Source: Opitutales bacterium (GTDB lineage Bacteria; Verrucomicrobiota; Verrucomicrobiia; Opitutales; PNEW01). From it: a DNA stretch of 32,000 bases. The position numbers were made by a program, and so were the translations under genes. The notes beneath the pieces are model-generated. The model did no database searches. It had not been told where the DNA came from and saw only the letters and a list, made by a program, of their open reading frames with translations. The stretch is taken from positions 1,530,001 through 1,562,000 of the forward strand of contig CBDCNV010000002.1 of assembly GCA_965219535.1 (NCBI GenBank), written 5' to 3'. Position 1 is the first letter of the stretch; every line of letters starts with the position of its first letter. This document shows, in pieces, positions 15,865 to 25,331 of this stretch.

Positions 15865-17013
15865 ATGAAAATGATCATGACAAGAGCAGAAGTTTTATTA
15901 ATACGGGTAATGATTGTAGCCACTTATTTGGTGGTAGGTAACTTTTGTATGGCAGCAGCCGAGACAAATTCGGTACCAGTCTTCGAAATGCAGGAACTGT
16001 TTAAGGGGACACGCATTTTGAACGTTGTGGTGGCCACCGATGAATCTGTTTTGGCTTTTACTAATGACGGCCGGTTATTGCGTCGCAGTGAAGACGCGGG
16101 CAAATCCTGGAGTCCAATTCAAGAGGTGGGGCATGACGCGGGAGGAAGCGCGGTCGTCGACGAATACAGCGGTCATATCATGGTTGTTAGAAGTGGGAAT
16201 GGTTACCTTTGGAGAAGCAGCGATCACGGGATAACTTGGCAGAGAGAGGAGATTGACGTCATACCCAATGCCTTCGGCCACGGGGTTCCCGGCGGTGTAA
16301 GCGCGTCTACGCACGGATCGGAATCAGGAATAACATTGAATTACGGAAAGCACGAGGGAAGATTGATCATGCCGGCGCGGATCACTGGGCCCAAGGGTTC
16401 GAATGAACAGGAGTGGTGGCCCTACCATTACAATATTGCTATTTACAGTGACAATGGCGGAAAGGTCTGGCGGGTGAGTAGACCGATGCAAAGTGGAACG
16501 GGTGAGGGAACCCTGGCTGAACTATCAAATGGTAGCATCTATTATAATTCCCGTTCGCACCTGGCAGTAGACCATCGAAGACAGATTGCCTGGAGCTATG
16601 ACGGCGGAGAAATGTGGACAGACTGGAGTTCATCCGATGAACTTTTCGAGGTCGGTGAACCCTTTTATTTCAAGTACGGGACTAAACCCAGTTACGGTTG
16701 CAGCGCGGGCCTAGTGCGTTTGCCCTTGAATGTGACTAAAGGGAAGGATGTGCTGATATACAGTTCACCCGATAATCCGGGAAAAGATCGTTATCGTATG
16801 ACTGTGTGGGCAAGCTTCGATGGGGGCAAAACCTGGCCGGTGAAACGTTTGGTCTACGCAGGACCGAGTGCCTATTCCTCGCTTGCCGCAGACATAAAAG
16901 GAAATATCTATCTCCTGTTTGAGTGGGGTAAGGATAAACTTTACGAAAGTGTCTACGTGGCGAAATTTAATCTCGACTGGCTGGCTGAGGGATCAGTAAT
17001 CAGTGAACAGTGA
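15865..17013 (+). CDS. BNR-repeat sialidase-like protein, tandem copy 3 of 3
   Basis: The track ORF starts at 15799. In-frame ATGs at 15865, 15871 and 15877 are all possible; 15877 is homologous to the start of copy 2. Confidence 0.7.
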   Translation: MKMIMTRAEVLLIRVMIVATYLVVGNFCMAAAETNSVPVFEMQELFKGTRILNVVVATDESVLAFTNDGRLLRRSEDAGKSWSPIQEVGHDAGGSAVVDEYSGHIMVVRSGNGYLWRSSDHGITWQREEIDVIPNAFGHGVPGGVSASTHGSESGITLNYGKHEGRLIMPARITGPKGSNEQEWWPYHYNIAIYSDNGGKVWRVSRPMQSGTGEGTLAELSNGSIYYNSRSHLAVDHRRQIAWSYDGGEMWTDWSSSDELFEVGEPFYFKYGTKPSYGCSAGLVRLPLNVTKGKDVLIYSSPDNPGKDRYRMTVWASFDGGKTWPVKRLVYAGPSAYSSLAADIKGNIYLLFEWGKDKLYESVYVAKFNLDWLAEGSVISEQ

Positions 17014-17140
17014 ACAGTGAAAAATACCGGAAAGTCAGAAAACCAGAAAGCCAGACAATCGAAAACCGAAGTACCTAAAATCTGAATATTAAATTGAGAA
17101 TAAAAATGTCAAAATCCGCATTGCCGCTTTATCGCATTTC

Positions 17141-17158
17141 CCTTTTTGATATTTTGAC
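17141..17158 (-). repeat. K' array: 2 units, start-proximal to 17177..18244, preceded by reverse-oriented M units
   Basis: cctttttgat attttgac. Upstream, tccgcattgccgctttatcgcatttcc is the reverse complement of M-type units. Confidence 0.85.
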
Positions 17159-17176
17159 TAAAAACAGGTTTTTAAA

Positions 17177-18244
17177 ATGGCTAATACTGACAAAGTAAGT
17201 AATACCATTTCCTGGTATCGAATACCGCTGAAGGGGGAATCTTTGAGGGGGCTGAGTCAGCGCAGTGATTGGAAAGGATTACTCCAGGCGTGCGGTCATT
17301 TAGGATTGCTTGTCTTAACTGGCGCAGCAGCCTTTTATGCAAATGGTCGGTTTCCGCTACCCATGCTGTTGTTAATAATATTTCTGCATGGGACCTTTTA
17401 CAAATTTATCCTGAATGGCTTTCACGAACTCTGCCACAGCTCAGTATTTAAGACCAAAGCTCTGAATAATTTCTTTCTGCATGTATTCAGTTTTCTCGGG
17501 TGGTATAGTCCCGTTATGTTTTGGACGAGTCACAGTGAGCATCACAAATATACCTTACATCAACCGGACGATCTCGAAGTGGTGATGCCGATCAAGTATA
17601 CACTCATGGCTTTTCTTAAATCCGCGTTTGTAAACCCGATACAGTTTTTTATCTCACTGGAAACGAACATCCGCTTCAGTTTCGGTAAAATAAGTAAGAA
17701 AGATATGCCAGGTGAATGGGAGGTGGATGATCTATTCCCTCCATCGGAGGTTGAAAATAGGAGACGCTTGTTTAATTGGGCTCGCACTCTACTCGTAGGT
17801 CATGGGCTCATCATCGGCATCTCTATTTATACCGGCCTCTGGTTATTGCCTGTCTTGATAACCTTTGGACGATTTTATGGCGGGTGGCTCCTGTTTTTCT
17901 GCAACAACTGTCAGCATGTTGGGTTGCAGGATAAAGTTCCTGATTTTCGTCTCTGCTGCTGGACGGTGATTCTAAACCCATTCGTACAGTTTCTCTACTG
18001 GCATATGAATTATCACATCGAACACCATATGTACGCCGCGGTTCCGTGTTACAATCTCGGTAGACTGCATAGGGCGATTGAGTATGACCTACCGGAAAGC
18101 CCAAATGGATTGTATGCCGTTTGGAATAAAATTGCGGAGACTCTGAAAAAACAAAAGGCAGACCCTGATTACCATTACGTCCCTGAATTACCGGAAATCC
18201 AGTTCCGAGTTCCGCAGTCGCGGAACGACATCTTCCAAGCCTGA
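17177..18244 (+). CDS. membrane fatty acid desaturase family protein
   Basis: 355 aa. Three histidine boxes (HELCH, HSEHHKY, HIEHHMY) and several hydrophobic segments. Confidence 0.8.
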   Translation: MANTDKVSNTISWYRIPLKGESLRGLSQRSDWKGLLQACGHLGLLVLTGAAAFYANGRFPLPMLLLIIFLHGTFYKFILNGFHELCHSSVFKTKALNNFFLHVFSFLGWYSPVMFWTSHSEHHKYTLHQPDDLEVVMPIKYTLMAFLKSAFVNPIQFFISLETNIRFSFGKISKKDMPGEWEVDDLFPPSEVENRRRLFNWARTLLVGHGLIIGISIYTGLWLLPVLITFGRFYGGWLLFFCNNCQHVGLQDKVPDFRLCCWTVILNPFVQFLYWHMNYHIEHHMYAAVPCYNLGRLHRAIEYDLPESPNGLYAVWNKIAETLKKQKADPDYHYVPELPEIQFRVPQSRNDIFQA

Positions 18245-18295
18245 CAATCGGAGAGCCGGAAAGCCGGATAGTGGTATATCCAGAAGACTAGACAA

Positions 18296-18844
18296 TTGAA
18301 AGGGGACCTCACAGGGATCAGTAAGTTTCTCAGCCTTGTGCTTCGGCACAAACCGGAAGCGATTGGTTTATCGCTCGACGAATTTGGCTGGGTGAAAATC
18401 GATGAGCTGTTGGCGTGTTCGGAACGGAATGGACGTGTTATTTCTCGAGAGCAACTGAATGAAGTAGTAATCAGTAACGATAAGCAGCGATTTGCAATTA
18501 GTGAGGACCTCACTCGTATCCGAGCAAGTCAGGGTCATTCGATCCCCGTCAATCTTGGGCTCAAACCCTTACAACCACCGGACGTTCTCTATCACGGCAC
18601 TACCCAACGTTTTCTCAGCTCCATTCTTGACAAAGGGCTTCTTAAACGAAAACGAGAATACGTTCACCTGTCGCCCGACTCTGCAACGGCAAGCAAGGTT
18701 GGGTCACGTCATGGCTCGCCGGTCATTCTCCGGATTCGGGCAGGTGATATGCACGAACAAGGTGCGGAGTTTTATCGCTCAGAAAACGGTGTATGGCTCA
18801 CGGAGATCGTACCCCATGGTTACATCGAGCACAATGGGGAATAA
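18296..18844 (+). CDS. kptA: RNA 2'-phosphotransferase (Tpt1/KptA family)
   Basis: 182 aa. ISKFLSLVLRHKPEAIGLSLDEFGWVKIDELL and YHGT...VHLS blocks match KptA. The TTG start is uncertain. Confidence 0.8.
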   Translation: MKGDLTGISKFLSLVLRHKPEAIGLSLDEFGWVKIDELLACSERNGRVISREQLNEVVISNDKQRFAISEDLTRIRASQGHSIPVNLGLKPLQPPDVLYHGTTQRFLSSILDKGLLKRKREYVHLSPDSATASKVGSRHGSPVILRIRAGDMHEQGAEFYRSENGVWLTEIVPHGYIEHNGE

Positions 18845-18868
18845 TATGTTAAGAGCGAGTAATGATCC

Positions 18869-19414
18869 ATGTCCCTGGTAACACAATACCAGTCCTCCTG
18901 GCCCAATGATTTTGTTAAGATTCGAAATTATCTCGAAACGGGAATCACTTACTATCATTCGATAGAACATACCGGGAGCACCTCGGTACCGGGTATGGTA
19001 GCTAAACCGATTATTGATATTATCATTGTCGTTCAACCTGGAAAGATGAGCGACATGATTGAAGAACTCTCACGATTAGGCTATAGTCATCAAGGGAACT
19101 TAGGAATTCCAGGAAGAGAGGCTTTCGATTATCTACCCGCTCATCTTCAACTTCCGACCCATCATCTCTATACCTGTTACCCCGATGCTAATCAATTATT
19201 AGGACACGTTGCGTTTCGCCTATTCATGCGGGAGAGTCTCGAATGGAGAGAAAAACTCTCAGCATTAAAACTTGAATGTGATAGGAAATTTGATTCCAAC
19301 CGTCAGCAATACATGGATGGGAAAAGAGAAATGGTTGAACATATTATCAAACTTGCTCGAGAAAAACATCCGAATCCCAAAATTCCGTCAAGACCGATTC
19401 AACATTCTGGATGA
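18869..19414 (+). CDS. GrpB family (UPF0157) protein
   Basis: 181 aa. IEHTGSTSVPGMVAKPIIDIIIVV block typical of GrpB. Lies 24 nt downstream of kptA. Confidence 0.75.
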   Translation: MSLVTQYQSSWPNDFVKIRNYLETGITYYHSIEHTGSTSVPGMVAKPIIDIIIVVQPGKMSDMIEELSRLGYSHQGNLGIPGREAFDYLPAHLQLPTHHLYTCYPDANQLLGHVAFRLFMRESLEWREKLSALKLECDRKFDSNRQQYMDGKREMVEHIIKLAREKHPNPKIPSRPIQHSG

Positions 19415-19569
19415 TTATAAACCGGGTTCACCTATATTATTTAACACTTAGATATTATGGAATCATGACTCGACTTTTTGCGGTGTTACAGAAAACTATA
19501 CCGTAAACATCTTTCGCGGTACACTATCAGATCTTCTGGCCCGCATCTCAGCTGAAATGTTGTAGAGAA

Positions 19570-20559
19570 ATGAATAAAATACTGCATATTACGAATGGGG
19601 GACACGCTAAGGAAAAGCTGGAGGGCTCCGGGTTTGATGGAGAATTTTTACCTTGGGATGATATCCTTCACGATGGTCCAGTCCCTGAAGGGCTCACGCT
19701 GAGGAAATTATCAAAAGCACGGGCCGAGTACATCTCCAGTCTTGGTTATGATTCTTTTTCCAAGATCCATGAAATTTTTCAAAAAAGAGATGGAATTATA
19801 GAATCTTTGTCAGATTACAGCGAGATTACATTATGGTTTGAACCAGACCTCTATGATCAATTACAGTTATTACAAATTTTGGATTCGATAGGAAACTTAT
19901 CGAGTAAACTGGACAATATATATTTGATCCATTTTTCATCCGTGACAGGTATCGATTACGATGACCTTAATCATCTTTATGAAAATCGACTTACGATAAG
20001 TGAGGAAACTGTCGCGTGCGCACAAAAAGGTTGGGACGCTTACAGATCTCCTTCGCCGGAATCGATGAGTGAATTATTAAATCTTAAGGTTTTACAATTT
20101 CCTTACCTGGGGAGAGCTTTCCAGCGTTTGTTTGAAGAATATCCCGATTACCGAAATGGTTTATCGAGGACGATGCATCAGTTTCTTCAGATCATAAAAG
20201 ATGATCAGAGTAGAGGGCCATTCGATATTTTTCTCGAGAATCAAAAACTCGAAGATTACGCATTCCTGGGAAATCATACCTTCTTTACACAAGTCGAGAG
20301 TATAGCCAATTGCCAAAGGGCTTTGGTTAAGCTAAAGGATGGATCAAAATTTAATCATTCCTTAACGGATATAAAGTACTCGGAGGAGTTTCTCAAAAAT
20401 AGATTCAAGATCACAGAAGATGGAGTAGATGTATTAAACTTTAATGCAGATTTCATAAAATTAAATGGGATCGATCGTCATATAGGGGGTGTCCATCTGA
20501 CAAGCGACAATGACTGGAGATGGGATGGAGATGATGAACAGTTCAGGAGGAAGAGTTAA
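19570..20559 (+). CDS. DUF1835 domain-containing protein
   Basis: 329 aa. N-terminal LHITNGGHA...LPWDDILHDGPVP pattern. Confidence 0.6.
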   Translation: MNKILHITNGGHAKEKLEGSGFDGEFLPWDDILHDGPVPEGLTLRKLSKARAEYISSLGYDSFSKIHEIFQKRDGIIESLSDYSEITLWFEPDLYDQLQLLQILDSIGNLSSKLDNIYLIHFSSVTGIDYDDLNHLYENRLTISEETVACAQKGWDAYRSPSPESMSELLNLKVLQFPYLGRAFQRLFEEYPDYRNGLSRTMHQFLQIIKDDQSRGPFDIFLENQKLEDYAFLGNHTFFTQVESIANCQRALVKLKDGSKFNHSLTDIKYSEEFLKNRFKITEDGVDVLNFNADFIKLNGIDRHIGGVHLTSDNDWRWDGDDEQFRRKS

Positions 20560-20732
20560 TAAAGTTATGCGTAAATGTGATAAAGCGTAGATGCGTGGAT
20601 GTGATAAGGCGATTAAGAATTAGGTTAAAGGTTGAAGGAAATATAATTGTTGTTCTGCACGATCACATGGATCGTAGAGATGGACTGACTAAAATTATAT
20701 AGGCGCGATAAGCGCTGAGATAGGAATAGAAG

Positions 20733-22190
20733 ATGAAAAATACAAAATTAGAGAGAACACAGATATCTATAATCCAATCGCTTCGGGTACGTCTTTTATT
20801 ACTCGTAATTATGTTTGTCCTGACAGCGACGATTCTATTGGAAATCTATACCTTACGTCAATTTGAGAAGGTAACGACTATTGCCATCGAGCATGAGGGC
20901 AATTTGTTGTCTGATTTACTTGAAGCGAGTATTTCTCCCTATCTCGAGACGCGGGACATTGAAGGGATGCAGGCGAATCTTGATCGCATTGCTGCGACTC
21001 GTGAAAAGAACGACATTGAAATGAATATAATGTTGTTAGAAGGTGACGGTTCGGCGACGGTTGCGAGTAATGTTCCCAGTAACATTGAAGGAGCAGATCC
21101 TGAAGAACACGAAGAGCTATTAAAATCATTGGCATTCAATCAGCCCGTAGTTTTTATCGAAAGTCCTGAAACAGGTGAAGATCCGGATGAAGAATTTATC
21201 GACGAATCCCATCCTGATTTTTATATTTCGAGCGAGAAACGAATAATAAGTATAACGACTCCATTAGCCATTAATGAGCGCCAGTAAGGGAGCATCAATG
21301 TCGCATCCTCATTGGGCGCACTAGATGATGTTTTGGAACATTCCCGTTCTATAATCCTGGTCGCAGCTTCGATGGAGGTATTGATCGTCATGATTGGCCT
21401 GGGTTTTATATTTAATTACACGATATTTAAACCGCTGCGACAATTGACGAGTAATATGCATCATGTTGCTGCAGGTGATCTGAGCAGAGAGTTGGAATCA
21501 TCCAGCCGGGATGATGAGATTGGACTTATGTCCAGGGCATTCAATAGTATGGCCCAACAGCTTCTCCGCGCTCGCAATCAACTCCATCAGTATCTTAACC
21601 CCATGGCGATTGAAGAAGCTTATCGACGCGCCGGTACAGAAAGCACTGAATCGCTAGCGGAAGAAAGGGAAATTTCTGTATTATTTGTTGATATCGTTTC
21701 CTTTACGACGACATCTAAACGTCTCGGACCAACGCTTACCGTCGCCTATCTGAATCGGTTCTATGATCTGATATCTTCGGCGCTCATCGACTCAGGCGGG
21801 TATATAGATAAATTCGTGGCTGATGAAGCGGTTTGTATTTTTGATGGTGTCAGTCACGCTGAGAATGCTGTGACCGCAGCGCGAAATATTCTCCGCCGCT
21901 TGAATGAAGACTCACAGAGCGACCCTGTTCAGGTCCGTATTGGGATTAATACGGGAAAATGTATCATCGCTGATATCGGTAGTCAGGAGATTGGAAGATT
22001 AGACCGAACAATCATCGGGGACACGGTAAATGTGGCGCAACGCCTGATGAGCGCGACTCAACCCAACACCGCGCTCTTATCTGAATTTTCATTCGCCTCT
22101 TACCCTCAGCACGAATCAGATATTTCTCCTTTCGGAGAGCAGCAATTAAAGGGGAAGACGAGTGCCGTGATGACTTATCGGCTTCAGTAA
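20733..22190 (+). pseudogene. membrane sensor-HAMP-class III adenylate/guanylate cyclase interrupted by one in-frame TAA (21285-21287)
   Basis: Track ORFs 20733..21287 and 21312..22190 are in the same frame. Reading through gives ...PLAINERQ*GSINVASSLGALDDVLE..., then TM2, HAMP (AAGDLSRELE...SRAFNSMAQQL) and the cyclase domain (VLFVDIVSFTT..., GINTGKCIIADIGS, IGDTVNVAQRL). Confidence 0.75.
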
Positions 22191-22194
22191 TTTG

Positions 22195-22218
22195 GTCAAA
22201 AGGTCAAAAAGTCAAAAG
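22195..22218 (+). repeat. K array: 3 units, stop-proximal to 20733..22190
   Basis: gtcaaaag gtcaaaaa gtcaaaag. Starts 4 nt after the TAA. Confidence 0.95.
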
Positions 22219-22311
22219 GAGGGAGGATTGTGGATTGCTTAATGGGGAGATGCCATTCGTTGCACGGAGCAATGGACGACCATCCTTCGCTTACATTAAA
22301 TAACGCATTTA

Positions 22312-22344
22312 CTTTTTGACCTTTTGACCTTTTGACTTTTTGAC
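22312..22344 (-). repeat. K' array: 4 units, start-proximal to 22355..23101
   Basis: ctttttgac cttttgac cttttgac tttttgac. Ends 10 nt before the ATG at 22355. Confidence 0.95.
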
Positions 22345-22354
22345 TTATTCCTGG

Positions 22355-23101
22355 ATGAGCAAAGTAATTATTGTAACAGGTAGTAGTCGCGGCATTGGTG
22401 CGGCGACAGCGCGTCTTGCAGGAGAAAAGGGCTATGCGGTATGCGTAAATTATTTTAAAAACCCAGAAGCTGCTGAGAAAGTTGTCAGTGCGATTAAAGA
22501 TAGCGACGGACAGGCGATTGCAGTAGCAGGTGACATGAGTTTAGAGAGCGATGTGGATCGTCTATTCACTACGGTGGATTAGGAGTTAGGAACGGTAAAC
22601 GCGCTGGTAAACAATGCGGGGATAATAGCTCTACAGTCGAGAGTCCAGGATCTGGACGTTACCAGAATGCAAAGAATATTCGCGGTGAATATTATGGGAT
22701 ATTTCCTCTGCGCGCGGGAGGCGATTAAACGGATGTCGACAAAAATGGGGGGTGTCGGAGGAGCGATTGTCAATGTATCGTCAGCGGCCGCCCGACTGGG
22801 ATCACCGGGTGAATTTGTCGACTATGCTGCATCGAAAGGCGCCATTGATACGATGACAATAGGACTGGCGAGAGAAATTGCCGATGAAGGCATACGTGTA
22901 AACGCCGTGCGGCCCGGTCTAATCGATACTGAGATGCACGCTGCTGCGGGAGATCCGGATCGGGCAGAGAAATTGAAAGATTTTGTTCCCATGAAAAGAG
23001 TGGGGACCGGTGAGGATATAGCTAAAGCGGTCTTATGGTTGCTTTCTGAAGGCGCATCCTATTCGTCCGGAACGATTATCGATGTATCGGGGGGGCGCTA
23101 A
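22355..23101 (+). pseudogene. SDR family oxidoreductase interrupted by one in-frame TAG (22580-22582)
   Basis: Track ORFs 22340..22582 and 22667..23101 share a frame. Read-through gives TGSSRGIG...LFTTVD*ELGTVNALVNNAGII...SSAAARLG...YAASKGAIDT. The NNAG motif lies in the gap between the two track ORFs. The true start is probably the ATG at 22355 (MSKVIIVTG). Confidence 0.8.
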
Positions 23102-23103
23102 GA

Positions 23104-23127
23104 GTCAAAAAGTCAAAAGGTCAAAAA
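23104..23127 (+). repeat. K array: 3 units, stop-proximal to 22355..23101
   Basis: gtcaaaaa gtcaaaag gtcaaaaa. Starts 2 nt after the TAA. Confidence 0.95.
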
Positions 23128-23154
23128 GGGGGGAAACTAACGTAGATCTGCATT

Positions 23155-23187
23155 CTTTTTGACTTTTTGACCTTTTGACATTTTGAC
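23155..23187 (-). repeat. K' array: 4 units, start-proximal to 23214..24314
   Basis: ctttttgac tttttgac cttttgac attttgac. Only 27 nt separate it from the K array at 23104-23127, so the two form a compact ~24-bp-stem hairpin. Confidence 0.95.
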
Positions 23188-23213
23188 TAAAAACCTGCCT
23201 AGCAGGTTTTTAT

Positions 23214-24314
23214 ATGGAAGAGCTAGTAAAAGTTGGAATAATTGGGTGTGGTAAGATCAGTGATACTTATCTGAAGACGTTCAAAATATTTCCCAATATA
23301 GAGATCGTTGCCTGCGCTGACATCGCGCCAGAGGTGGCGAATAAGAAGGCGGAGGAATATGGAATCGAAGCCCTGTCGGTGGATGATTTACTGAAAGAGA
23401 GTGCTATTGAAATCGTTCTTAACCTCACCATCCCAAAAGCTCACGCCGAAGTGAATCTTCAGGCACTCCACGCGGGTAAGCATGTCCACTGTGAAAAGCC
23501 GTTCGCGCTTACGCGAAAAGAGGGGATGCCTGTTATCACCCTGGCGCAAGAGAAAGGGCTAATGGTGGGTTGCGCGCCAGACACCTTCCTGGGTGGCGGT
23601 CATCAAACCTGCCGCAAGATGATAGACGATGGCTGCATAGGAAAAGCAGTCTCGGGAACGGCTTTCATGTTGAGCCATGGTCCTGAACATTGGCATCCGA
23701 ATGTGGGCTTCTATTATGAGAAAGGAGGAGGACCGTTATTCGATATGGGTCCTTACTATATTACGGCACTCGTTAACCTCCTGGGTCCTGTCAATCGTGT
23801 GTGCTCATTTTCAGGTAAAGCATTTGAAGATCGAATCGCCACTTCTAAGGAACTAATGGGCAAGGTGATTCCCGTTGAGACGCCAACCCATGTTGCAGGA
23901 ACACTTGAATTTTCAAGTGGTGCCCTGGTTACGATAATAATGAGTTTTGATGTTTGGTATCACAGTACCCCACCTATTGAAATTCATGGAGAGAAATGCA
24001 GCCTGAAAGTTCCCGATCCGAATGGATTCAAAGGTCCGGTTTTCATCAATAAGGAAGGGGAAAGAGAATGGGAGTCGGTTCCCCTCTCTCATGGTTACAT
24101 CGACCCAATGCGTGTCATTGGTGTTGCAGATATGGCCAAAGCGATAAGAGGAAACAGGAAAAACCGCTGTAGCGGTGAACTGGCTTATCATGTCCTCGAT
24201 GTAATGGAGTCACTCCTTGAATCCGCTGAAAAAGGGAAATTCATTGAACTTGAAAGCACAACTGAGCGACCAGATCCACTGCCTCTCGGACTTAAAGAGG
24301 GTGAACTGGATTGA
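23214..24314 (+). CDS. Gfo/Idh/MocA family oxidoreductase
   Basis: 366 aa. N-terminal Rossmann VGIIGCGKIS and the EKP motif (HVHCEKPFA). Confidence 0.85.
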   Translation: MEELVKVGIIGCGKISDTYLKTFKIFPNIEIVACADIAPEVANKKAEEYGIEALSVDDLLKESAIEIVLNLTIPKAHAEVNLQALHAGKHVHCEKPFALTRKEGMPVITLAQEKGLMVGCAPDTFLGGGHQTCRKMIDDGCIGKAVSGTAFMLSHGPEHWHPNVGFYYEKGGGPLFDMGPYYITALVNLLGPVNRVCSFSGKAFEDRIATSKELMGKVIPVETPTHVAGTLEFSSGALVTIIMSFDVWYHSTPPIEIHGEKCSLKVPDPNGFKGPVFINKEGEREWESVPLSHGYIDPMRVIGVADMAKAIRGNRKNRCSGELAYHVLDVMESLLESAEKGKFIELESTTERPDPLPLGLKEGELD

Positions 24315-24348
24315 ACAATAAAATTAAAAATGGAGTGAGAGGAATAAA

Positions 24349-25005
24349 ATGTCGAAGAAAGCTTTAATATCCTGGGGTGGTTGGGAAGGTCATGAACCGA
24401 AAGAAAATGCTGAGCTGTTTGAGCCCTTATTAAAAACAGATGGCTATGAGGTCGAAGTGACCAACTCACTGGATACTTACAAAGATGTTGAGAAAATGAA
24501 ATCATTCGATCTAGTGGTTCCGATATGGACGATGAGTGATATGACCGCGGAGCAGGAAAAGGGATTATTGGAGGCAGTCCACTCTGGGGTAGGCATTGCC
24601 GGATGGCATGGCGGCATGGGTGATTCAATGCGCAATAATCCTCATTTCCAATGGATGGTTGGTGGCCAGTTTGTTGCTCATCCCGGTGGTATTTTCGACT
24701 ACGAGGTAAATATAGTGAAGCATGAGGATCCTATTGTCGCAGGTTTAAAGGATTTCAATATGCATTCAGAACAGTATTACCTGCATGTTGACCCAGGGAA
24801 TGAAGTGCTGGCGACGACGATTATCCCCGGTGATCCCGGTGATGCTCCTTGGGTGAAGGGCACGCTAATGCCGGTGGTGTGGAAACGAATGTACGGCAAG
24901 GGCAAAGTGTTTTATTCCTCACTCGGTCATGTGACGAGCGATTTTGATGTCCCTGAAGTCAGGGAATTAACACGTCGTGGATTGTTATGGGCGACGAGAG
25001 AATGA
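24349..25005 (+). CDS. ThuA domain-containing protein
   Basis: 218 aa. [26 protein letters not shown] blocks. SD-like gagaggaa upstream. Probably co-transcribed with 23214..24314. Confidence 0.8.
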   Translation: MSKKALISWGGWEGHEPKENAELFEPLLKTDGYEVEVTNSLDTYKDVEKMKSFDLVVPIWTMSDMTAEQEKGLLEAVHSGVGIAGWHGGMGDSMRNNPHFQWMVGGQFVAHPGGIFDYEVNIVKHEDPIVAGLKDFNMHSEQYYLHVDPGNEVLATTIIPGDPGDAPWVKGTLMPVVWKRMYGKGKVFYSSLGHVTSDFDVPEVRELTRRGLLWATRE

Positions 25006-25037
25006 GTCAAAAAGTCAAAAGGTCAAAAAGTCAAAAC
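25006..25037 (+). repeat. K array: 4 units, starting immediately after the TGA of 24349..25005
   Basis: gtcaaaaa gtcaaaag gtcaaaaa gtcaaaac. Confidence 0.95.
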
Positions 25038-25156
25038 GTTGTAATGTGGGAGACTCGTGAAAAGTGGGTGATGCGTAAAAGCGGTAGTATAGAAACTGTT
25101 AAGTATTTCTTGTAAACTATATCATGTATTTTGCATTCTGAATCATACATTCTCTC

Positions 25157-25257
25157 TTGTCATTGCGAAGGAGGCGTAGCCGACTACGGCAATCCAGGGG
25201 GTTGACATTACGTTTCCAACATTCCCCTGGATTGCCGCGCTACGCTCGCAATGACAA
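25157..25257. repeat. 101-bp palindromic element made of two inverted TTGTCATTGCGA...GGCAATCCAGGGG copies
   Basis: The left arm, 25157-25200, is ttgtcattgcgaaggaggcgtagccgactacggcaatccagggg. The right arm, 25224-25257, is its reverse complement minus about 10 internal nt. The loop is ttgacattacgtttccaacatt. ORF 25157..25348 is an artefact of this element. Confidence 0.85.
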
Positions 25258-25331
25258 TGGTGATCAAAATACGCGACCCCCAATGTATGCTCCGCTTATA
25301 CTCATAATCGCATTAACGCGTAAACGCATTT

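Noticed and set aside
21285-22582. Genetic-code reassignment (or Sec/Pyl) as the explanation for the in-frame TAA and TAG
   Set aside because: TAA, TAG and TGA all act as ordinary terminators of other well-supported ORFs here, for example TAA at 8287, TAG at 2678 and 13187, and TGA at 25003. Only two genes are affected, and no SECIS- or PYLIS-like context is evident. I therefore treat these as nonsense lesions or errors.
20733-23101. Frameshifts as the cause of the split cyclase and SDR ORFs
   Set aside because: In both cases the two track ORFs are in the same frame, and the sequence between them translates into the expected conserved residues. The lesion is a single stop codon, not an indel.
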